NCBI GenBank assembly: GCA_017381395.1
Contig: JAFOCH010000095.1
Coordinates: forward strand, 1-29,889
Direction of reading: 5' to 3'
From: Clostridia bacterium
GTDB lineage: Bacteria > Bacillota > Clostridia > Oscillospirales > Acutalibacteraceae
Length of the DNA stretch: 29,889 nt
Within the stretch, counting starts at the first letter, position 1. Each line of letters opens with the position of its first letter. Positions 18,501-24,978 of this stretch are shown here, piece after piece. The notes under the pieces are model-generated. The model had not been told where the DNA came from and did not search any database. It saw nothing but the letters and a program-made list of their open reading frames with translations. A program made the translations under genes and the position numbers.

Positions 18501-19678
18501 GCTATATAACCCAGCGGAATTTTTGCAGCAATCGAGCCACTGACCTTTATTTCTACTCCGAAGGAATATTCTAATTTCACCTCAACAGTCGAGTATTTCA
18601 GACTCACGTACACGTCCATTGAAGCTTTTATTGTAAACATGGCTTCGCCGTTGAGTGTAACCTTTTTCGAATCGGTCGAAATGAATTCTTTTTCGGCAAA
18701 GGTGTATGATGCGGATATACTTTTTGACTTGCTTATATCAGCCAGCGCAAAGGTTGACGGCCCCTCGAAAGCACCGTTATATTCAATGCCTTCTTCGAGC
18801 CCGGAAGGGTCAATTTCTGTGTTTTCAAAGGTGGTGCCACCCTCGATTCGAACATAGTCGAATACCTCGTCGAGCGATGTTTCATCACCAACGATGGTGG
18901 CGGTTGTGCCGTCGATTGAGATGCTTTTTACCTTTACGATTATGAGGTCGCCATTAGCCGCCTCAAAGGCAAGTATTTCACCTTCGGTCAGCGATAAAAT
19001 GTCACTGTCCGCATTTTCAAAAACGTATGTATCGGAAGCAGCATCCTCGGTTACCTGAATCGAGTTCGAATCATCGCTGACGATGTTTACTTCGTCATTA
19101 TAAACCGCGTAGTTGGTTGTATCACTGTCGTCAAAGTTAACCACTCGGTCCTGGTCAAAGTCGGCGGATGTCTTTGATAAAAACTCCTGCATTTCCTTTG
19201 TATATAACGAATTTATGTATGCGGTGCAAAGGGGTTTCAGGTCCTCGGTTTTGACCAAATATGCTCCTGCAACAAAGTATTGCGGCATATCCTCGTCGGC
19301 TATTTCGATTTCGGCACTGCTTTCGTCGGGCGAAACCTGGGTCGAGCCGTAGGCAAGTATATTTTCGCCCAGCTCATCGTACAAGCAAACCACGAGCGTA
19401 CACGAATCAAGTGCTTCATACTCGACGGTTACAAAGTTGTCCTCAACGTTTATCGAAAATACGTTATAGCCGTTGCCGTCGAGCTGCTTTTGCATCTCGT
19501 CGCCTATTGTTTGTGTTAATAAATCGCCGAAGGAATTGGTCGATTCGATGGTCAAATCGCTGTCACCGGTGGTGGTTGAATCTGCACCGGCAGTTTCCTC
19601 GGCATGAGCGTTTATCGGCATGATAAATGTGGTTGCCAACAATGTTAATATTAGGATGATGGAAATTATTTTTTTCAT
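15554..19678 (-). CDS. Secreted 1374-aa protein: acidic N-terminal domains, carboxypeptidase-regulatory-like Ig domain, 7 RCC1 repeats, short LRR cap, C-terminal dockerin
   Basis: Signal peptide MKKIISIILILTLLATTFIMPINAHA. Seven 48-aa repeats (HSAAITKDGKLYTWGxNxxGQLGDG) at ~16712-17710. Duplicated Ca-binding loops GDVNLDKKIDTSD...DYNGNEIIDSAD at the C-terminus. Confidence 0.93.
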   Translation of the reverse strand: MKKIISIILILTLLATTFIMPINAHAEETAGADSTTTGDSDLTIESTNSFGDLLTQTIGDEMQKQLDGNGYNVFSINVEDNFVTVEYEALDSCTLVVCLYDELGENILAYGSTQVSPDESSAEIEIADEDMPQYFVAGAYLVKTEDLKPLCTAYINSLYTKEMQEFLSKTSADFDQDRVVNFDDSDTTNYAVYNDEVNIVSDDSNSIQVTEDAASDTYVFENADSDILSLTEGEILAFEAANGDLIIVKVKSISIDGTTATIVGDETSLDEVFDYVRIEGGTTFENTEIDPSGLEEGIEYNGAFEGPSTFALADISKSKSISASYTFAEKEFISTDSKKVTLNGEAMFTIKASMDVYVSLKYSTVEVKLEYSFGVEIKVSGSIAAKIPLGYIAIAVCPGVYISFTPSFILELSGEVSVSGELKGQFGFKASTDTKKIKNTSSTPKFECQFKVEATVFIGISLEPSIAIVSKKVAQAKMSGRFGAEIKGTLRYTSDKPTSEKHECKSCVDGDFSARASLSFEAKFLNLKKLTFKLTVMDKKIKLRDFYYSFDHDEFGFGTCPYISYSFIVNVLEGKDVVQGASVKISSSSEDITKTTDKDGKIEAVYLKNGKYTVTVTKKGYISLEKTYKIKDKAREIDISIESESSLINAQYEFAAVSLGTDHSAAITRDGKLYTWGANDYGQLGDGTTTQRNIPTYIMDNVASINMGDYHSAAITKDGKLYTWGRNDEGQVGDGTRYNRYSPRHVMSNVASVELGFEHSAAITKDGNLYVWGYNINGQLGDGTTTRSTKPKFLMSNVASVSLGLYHSAAIKKDGKLYIWGLNSSGQLGDGTTTKRTTPKYIMSNVASISMGDYHSAAVTKDGKLYTWGDNYLGQLGDGTTTQRNSPTHIMSSIASVSLGGYFASAVTKNGELYLWGSNTAGKIGNGSTQVQYVPVIIYENVASVSLGNSHSAAITKDHKLYTWGYNKYGQLGLGSTANKDMPERITLPGATSLASYSTHSFANDDNVTVDDSGVSVTGLKPKYLYNFYAVKSKTVENPLESGNLLYLVQAQTDESGVLSIGYTPQISYVGAGYIVAAYTRAKGDWGYIYNDNDSVCVTGYYGENTSIEIPTEIDGIAVTSIDEYFSCDDDVTDITVPDSITSAAENAFILCQNATVVSSCENVEVFYAAILSGANYSLVHTSSDRLSVYSQPTEILSGKYEIWCENCGDTVKSGEFDYLRIYESTAKVHGEKSVDFKLSAEQIENSGYDAPYLVIDINGAQSTITDYEKVDEYYVFNAKIDDTHVNTDIKATVYATFNGTEYVGETEIATVYNVGDVNLDKKIDTSDLLVMQQYLLDIDSVGNDNFVYTDYNGNEIIDSADIVLLQMLLLGKA

Positions 19679-19839
19679 TTTTTAACATCCCTCATTTTAA
19701 ATTGTTATACAATAATATGTTAACAAAAGGTTCACAATATTTCAAGTGTTATTAGGAATTACAATATTTGGTGTGTGGTTGTTTAAATAAGGATTATTAT
19801 ATATTTTTAATGAATTGTCGTGCGACAGTAATCTTATAC

Positions 19840-20105
19840 CACCCAACCCCGTCTCTTTCCACATTTTTCGTGGTCAGGGGCGGGGTCAAAAGATGTTGCG
19901 AGCCCTGAAAAGGCGATGAAATAAGGACTTTTTGCACAAAGGGGTTAGTTCTCCAAAACCGTGTGCCGAGGGGCGCGTTGGCGAGCGCCGCGAAAAGCGG
20001 ATTGAGCGAGGCAAAAGCGGGTGCCGCGGTAGAAATTCGCCGAGCGAAAGGGAGAAAAAGCGAATTTCGGGCACCGCAAACGGGCGAGTCCTTCTGCCCC
20101 TGCCA
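19840..20105 (+). repeat. 266-bp direct repeat copy B (putative att junction)
   Basis: See copy A. Confidence 0.95.
19950..20105 (+). pseudogene. 3' half of tRNA-Trp(CCA), T-loop interrupted by a 112-nt insert (19973-20084)
   Basis: Anticodon CCA at 19953-19955. The T-stem GAGGG/CCTTC pairs fully (one G.U); 3' acceptor strand TGCCCCT-G-CCA. Confidence 0.85.
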
Positions 20106-20232
20106 AAGAAAACACCGAAAAACATTGATATATGAGGACTTTCGGTGTTTTTTGTTTCCCGATTGCTTACAGGAATTTACAGCCGAAACTGTCTTTTCTC
20201 ACCTGTTTTTTTGCTGTTTCGCGGTCAAATCG
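20106..20232 (+). repeat. Putative right att arm, homologous to 6612-6745
   Basis: Hairpin AAAACACCGAAA...TTTCGGTGTTTT, then CTTACA...TTTCGCGGTCAAATCG. Confidence 0.75.
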
Positions 20233-20280
20233 GTTGGTATTGTCAATATATGCAAAAAAATGCAATTTTGTTTGCATTTA

Positions 20281-20309
20281 TTGACATAGGTGTCATATAA
20301 TGATATAAT
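20281..20309 (+). promoter_or_regulatory. Consensus sigma-A promoter with overlapping palindrome
   Basis: TTGACA-N17-TATAAT with TGn extension; TGACA-N4-TGTCA at 20282-20295. Confidence 0.85.
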
Positions 20310-20464
20310 ATATTATTAAATTATTGTTTCTATAACTATTTTTTGTTAGAATATATTTTATAATAATAAGGTGTTTGGAATATAGGTAAAAAAATTCAAA
20401 ACAACGAGTAGTTAAGTATGAATTTTAATAAAAACAAACCATTATTTTCGAGGAGATGGGCGTT

Positions 20465-21424
20465 ATGAGCGAAGGCAAGACAAGGTTCTGTGTAAACTGT
20501 GGCGAAGAATTGTCAGAGGAGCTTGTTTTTTGTACCAACTGCGGTCAAAAACAACCTGAAATTGTCGCAAAACCGGTAAACAACGCACAAGCCGCTAACC
20601 AGAGCCAGCCGACCGCAAATCATCCGATTATAAATCAGCCAGTACCTTCTCAAACTCAATATAGTCAGCCGCAGCCGACTGTAAATCAATCCTTTCAGCC
20701 GCCGGTTCAACAAACTCCGCCAAATAAAAAGAAAACAGGGCTGATAGTTGGCATTATAATAGCGTCTGTTATTCTGCTTTCAGGAATCGGAGTTATTGCG
20801 GAAAAGGTGTTTCAGGAGCAGGGATACGGTGATGACGATTATGATACGGATACATATTCCAGCTATGATTATGATGACGATTATTATTGTGATGACACCT
20901 ATTCGTATGACGTGGACAATTATGTATCAGAAGCAAGCTCTGACAGTACGACTCAAAACACTAAATATTCAAAAGGTGCTGTTGTCGGGAACAGTTATGT
21001 AAATAGTTGGGCAGGTATAATGATTACGCTGCCAAGTGATTATTCAAACGCGGATGCGGATACCTACGCATCTATGGAAAACAGTGCCACCGATTGCGGA
21101 GCATATTTCACATCTGACAGTAGTATAATTTATATTCTCTACGAAAAAACGATATATGGTGAAGAAGCTTATCTCGATATAGTAATGAACATTCTTGATT
21201 CTAAAACCGATGTGAACTATGAGACAGCGAGTGTTTATGCAACCGCAAATATAGCCGGATATGCCTATTCAAAGGCGGAGTGCAAATTCACTAACGCTTA
21301 TGGCGATTTTGTCCAAAGTATATATGTTAGAAAGATTGACGATCGTATGGCTGTGATTTCTGTGCTCGGAGTTTCCGGCAGCGCTAATGATTCTCTTGTC
21401 CGTTCGATCAAAAGTGCCGGCTGA
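20465..21424 (+). CDS. Double zinc-ribbon, single-TM membrane protein; paralogue of 2-820
   Basis: AGGAG sits directly against ATG 20456, so ATG 20465 is the likelier start. FCVNCG-x8-FCTNCG, Q/P linker, KKK + TM, D/Y-rich tract. Confidence 0.9.
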   Translation: MSEGKTRFCVNCGEELSEELVFCTNCGQKQPEIVAKPVNNAQAANQSQPTANHPIINQPVPSQTQYSQPQPTVNQSFQPPVQQTPPNKKKTGLIVGIIIASVILLSGIGVIAEKVFQEQGYGDDDYDTDTYSSYDYDDDYYCDDTYSYDVDNYVSEASSDSTTQNTKYSKGAVVGNSYVNSWAGIMITLPSDYSNADADTYASMENSATDCGAYFTSDSSIIYILYEKTIYGEEAYLDIVMNILDSKTDVNYETASVYATANIAGYAYSKAECKFTNAYGDFVQSIYVRKIDDRMAVISVLGVSGSANDSLVRSIKSAG

Positions 21425-21562
21425 GAGAATGCTTAGGTGATCTGATATAGTTTTTGGCTTAATAAGTAAATATTTCTGCGCAGAAGCTGAATGGATAATC
21501 GGTAGCTACGCAGAATATTTCAAATAAAAATTAAACAATAAATTTTGAGGAGACAGGTATTT

Positions 21563-22243
21563 ATGAGTGAATTTAAGTTCTGTTACAGTTGCGGCGAGAG
21601 ATTGCCCCAGGAAACTATTTTTTGCACCAACTGCGGACAAAGACAGCAGGAGGTTGTCGCTGCCCCGGTAAACACCATTCCCCCGATGGACAACGTTCCC
21701 CCGATGAATAACGTTTCTCCGGTAAACAACGTTTCCCCGATGAATAACGTTTCTCCGGTAAACAACGTTTCCCCGATGAATAACGTTCCTCCGGTGAATA
21801 ACGTTCCTCCGGTGAATAACATCCCTCCGGTGAATAACATCCCTCCGGTGAACAATTTCAATCCTGTTCAGGCAGCTCCTATGGGCACATCTATTAGCCG
21901 AAAGGATTTTATTGACAATTACGTTGATGCTTCATTAAGAAAAAATATCAATATCATAGCGATTATTTGCTATATCTGCGCAGGATTGACATTTGTTGTT
22001 TCCTGCATGATGAATCCGCTTGGAATCATTGATGCGCTTGTTTTGCTTGGATTCACCTTGGGCATGCATATCGGAAAGAGCAGAGGATGTGCAATCGGTA
22101 TTTTCGTTTTAAGCATAGTCGAAGTAGTTTTATCACTAATTGTTGGAGCATTCCCTGTTTGGTGGTTGGTTGCCGGCATTTGGGCACTGATAACCTTTAA
22201 CAAGATTGAAAAGGAATATAAATCTTTTAACATGTACAGATAA
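21563..22243 (+). CDS. Double zinc-ribbon protein with PVNNVP repeats and ~4-TM C-terminal domain
   Basis: RBS GAGGAG/AGG before ATG 21563, FCYSCG-x8-FCTNCG; the C-terminus is paralogous to that of 832-1857. Confidence 0.9.
   Translation: MSEFKFCYSCGERLPQETIFCTNCGQRQQEVVAAPVNTIPPMDNVPPMNNVSPVNNVSPMNNVSPVNNVSPMNNVPPVNNVPPVNNIPPVNNIPPVNNFNPVQAAPMGTSISRKDFIDNYVDASLRKNINIIAIICYICAGLTFVVSCMMNPLGIIDALVLLGFTLGMHIGKSRGCAIGIFVLSIVEVVLSLIVGAFPVWWLVAGIWALITFNKIEKEYKSFNMYR
21665..21862 (+). repeat. In-frame 18-bp tandem repeat, 11 units
   Basis: CCG(G/A)T(A/G)AAYAAY(G/A)TYYCY encoding P(V/M)NN(V/I)(P/S). Confidence 0.95.
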
Positions 22244-22286
22244 AAAGGTTAAAATATAAATAAAATTCGAAAGGGTTGTTTTAAAA

Positions 22287-24188
22287 ATGAAAAAACTTTT
22301 ATCATTATTGTTATTGGCGGCGTTAATCGTTACAATGTTCGTCGGTTGTGGAGAAGATGAAGCAGCTGGCAACGCACAAAACGGAGCAGTTAAAACCGGC
22401 ACTTTCTCGGAATACTTGGTAGTTGAAAAGGTTGGTACCATAAACAAAGAAAGCTTTTTCACCGCTGCAGGCGGACTTTATTACAAGGAAAATGATGCTT
22501 GGGGCATTATGTCGCTTAACGGTGCGCGTGATACCGGTGCTATTTATTCAAGCATAAGCACAACAGGAAATTATTTTATTGCCCGTACGAGAGAGTTTTC
22601 CAACTTCAACGATATTGCAGGATTAAATTCAGCATCGCTTGTTGACGGAAAAGGAAAAACCTATATATCGGGATATGCGGCTTATTATGAACTCAATGAA
22701 CGTTATGTAAAGGTTGTCAAGGTAACCGAGCGTACATATTCTGAGGATGATCTTGTTGCCAGTGCTACTGAAAATGGCCTCTGCTTTACCGGTAAGTTTG
22801 GCGATGATGCTTGGTATAAGGGTAACTGGTATGTATTTGATACAGTTACAGAAACTTTTGTTCCCGGTGCTACCGGTACAGCGGATACCTTTGTAAGTGC
22901 AAATGGAAGATATGTACAGTTCAGTGATGCAAACAACAATTCAATCAAAATCAATGAAAAGGGTGAACCTTTGCCCGAGAATTCAAGATTGTTTGATGAC
23001 GGCTCGTACAAGGTAGAAACCAAAATCGGTGAGATGTACGATGCAGACGGCAATTTATTGTTTAACTATGATTTGACCGGATTTGTACCTTCATCTTATG
23101 AAAACGGATACTATTCCGCCAGCAAATATGAAGATGGAGAATCAAAGTATGTTGTTATGGATAGAAAGGGAAATATTATTTCCTCAGAATTTGACGAGTA
23201 TTTTACCATCTACGGCGAAATTGTTGCATGCGATGGCAAGATTTATAATTTAGAGGGTAAAAACATCATTGATGGAACATACGATTCGGTATATTTTGAT
23301 AAAGTGTTCAATCAAAACTGGCTGCTTAGAAAGGATAAGCAGTACACCATGATTGATAAAAATGGTGCAGTGTATTTTACCGGCAGTTATAAAGGTGATT
23401 ATACTATTTGGACAAGTGAATTCTTAGCATCAAAGAAGACAAAGGATGGTACTTATTACTATTCTCACAAGGATAAGGATTATACCATTGAGGGTTATGG
23501 CTTTGCTCCGTGGATAGTAAAGACTTCAAACAGCAATTCGTTGTACAATCTGGTAGATACCATGACAGGTAAGACCCTGTTAGAAGGATATAAGAGCTAT
23601 GATAGCGTTTCGAGACGTTCCTTGGCTTACTACGTATATGCAAAGTATAATGGCGGAACCGACGTATATTTGGTAGTTTCCGGCGCACAGCTCAAGGATG
23701 TTGTTACTAAAAAGGCCAATTTGTTTGACGACCTTATCGCAGCATTCGAGACCGAAGGTATTGCAGTAACGGTTAACAAGGAAAATGGCGAAATTGCGCT
23801 TGACTCGTCTGTATTGTTTGGTGGCGATTCTGCCGAGCTTACCGCCAGCGGAAAGACCTTCCTTAACAAGTTTATAAAGGCATACACAACCGTTGCCTTC
23901 TCGGAAAAATACGAGGGCTTTATTTCAAAAACAATGGTTGAAGGACATACAGCTCCTGTAAAGGGAAGCACCTATGCCAGCGGATTGCAGCTTTCTGAAG
24001 AAAGAGCATTGAACGTAAAGAACTATTGTCTTTCTGCGGAAACAGGCGTAGATGTTTCAAAAATTAGCAAGTCATTGGAGAATGTCGGCTATTCAAACAG
24101 CCAGCCGGTTTATGATAAGGACGGAAAGGTTAATATGGCCGCTTCTCGTCGAGTATCCTTCAGATTTATTGTTAACGTAGATTTCTAA
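22287..24188 (+). CDS. Lipoprotein with beta-rich repeat region (WG-repeat-like) and C-terminal OmpA/MotB-like domain
   Basis: Lipobox MFVG-C, aromatic/Gly beta repeats (YGEIVACDGKIYNLEGKNII). The C-terminal ~155 aa are highly similar to the C-terminus of 1998-3698. Confidence 0.9.
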   Translation: MKKLLSLLLLAALIVTMFVGCGEDEAAGNAQNGAVKTGTFSEYLVVEKVGTINKESFFTAAGGLYYKENDAWGIMSLNGARDTGAIYSSISTTGNYFIARTREFSNFNDIAGLNSASLVDGKGKTYISGYAAYYELNERYVKVVKVTERTYSEDDLVASATENGLCFTGKFGDDAWYKGNWYVFDTVTETFVPGATGTADTFVSANGRYVQFSDANNNSIKINEKGEPLPENSRLFDDGSYKVETKIGEMYDADGNLLFNYDLTGFVPSSYENGYYSASKYEDGESKYVVMDRKGNIISSEFDEYFTIYGEIVACDGKIYNLEGKNIIDGTYDSVYFDKVFNQNWLLRKDKQYTMIDKNGAVYFTGSYKGDYTIWTSEFLASKKTKDGTYYYSHKDKDYTIEGYGFAPWIVKTSNSNSLYNLVDTMTGKTLLEGYKSYDSVSRRSLAYYVYAKYNGGTDVYLVVSGAQLKDVVTKKANLFDDLIAAFETEGIAVTVNKENGEIALDSSVLFGGDSAELTASGKTFLNKFIKAYTTVAFSEKYEGFISKTMVEGHTAPVKGSTYASGLQLSEERALNVKNYCLSAETGVDVSKISKSLENVGYSNSQPVYDKDGKVNMAASRRVSFRFIVNVDF

Positions 24189-24261
24189 TAAGTGTAACGA
24201 GATTTATTCGATGACGTAATAGCGTTTACAATCATCGGTAAAAAAAGATTTAGAAAATTAT

Positions 24262-24807
24262 ATGCAAAAATACTGTGGCAATTGCGGTGCACAAATGCCA
24301 AAGAATGTCAATTTCTGCGGCATTTGTGGTACCAGGTTTAATATTCAACCAGCTATTCAAGCACATAAGACAAAAACACGGTTAACCAATGCGGTAATCA
24401 ACAAGGATATTCATAATCAAAAACATACTTTTTGGCAATATTTGGGACAGCTCAGTTTGCTCGGTCTAATGTTTCTGGTATGCTTCCTTGGTAACCCGCT
24501 GATTATGCTGTGCAGCATTCCGTGGGCACTCACCATGATAAAAATGATACGTGACGACGTGCGAAGGTCTAATCTTAAATATTATGTCCTCGAAAGGGCT
24601 TGTATGGAAAAAAAGGTTGTCCAGCAGGATGATGGTCCGGATACGTTGCAGCTTTGGTTTGAAAATGCAACCAGAGAGTTTATCGTAGCCGTAGAGGTTA
24701 AGCAAGCGGTTTATGATACGGCCGAGGTTGGCGAGCAATTTTACATCGTGTTTTTGGCAAAGGAAAAGACACCGTGTCTTTGCTATAAAAAGAGCGAATG
24801 GGTTTAA
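24262..24807 (+). CDS. Zinc-ribbon membrane protein (2 TM)
   Basis: YCGNCG-x8-FCGICG, hydrophobic hairpin, small C-terminal beta domain. Confidence 0.85.
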   Translation: MQKYCGNCGAQMPKNVNFCGICGTRFNIQPAIQAHKTKTRLTNAVINKDIHNQKHTFWQYLGQLSLLGLMFLVCFLGNPLIMLCSIPWALTMIKMIRDDVRRSNLKYYVLERACMEKKVVQQDDGPDTLQLWFENATREFIVAVEVKQAVYDTAEVGEQFYIVFLAKEKTPCLCYKKSEWV

Positions 24808-24978
24808 TAATACCAAGATGATTTTTTAAAAAAAGCCCATTTCGTTGGTATAATTGTTATAGCTCAACGAGCAGGTGTTTTTGCATCTGTTATCAGAATA
24901 ATATAGTTTTAATTTATAAAAGCCGGAAGGATGTTCGTTTGGTCTTTCCGGCCGTTTTTTCAGGAAGGTACTGTTATT

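Noticed and set aside
8632-19623. Numerous short antisense or alternate-frame ORFs inside the pilin and RCC1 genes
   Set aside because: Shadows of long, well-supported genes, with no motifs or RBS.
21563-24188. Zorya (ZorAB) or MotAB stator pair
   Set aside because: The OmpA-domain proteins are lipoproteins without the MotB/ZorB N-terminal TM Asp, the upstream TM proteins lack MotA/ZorA features, and there is no ZorC/D/E.
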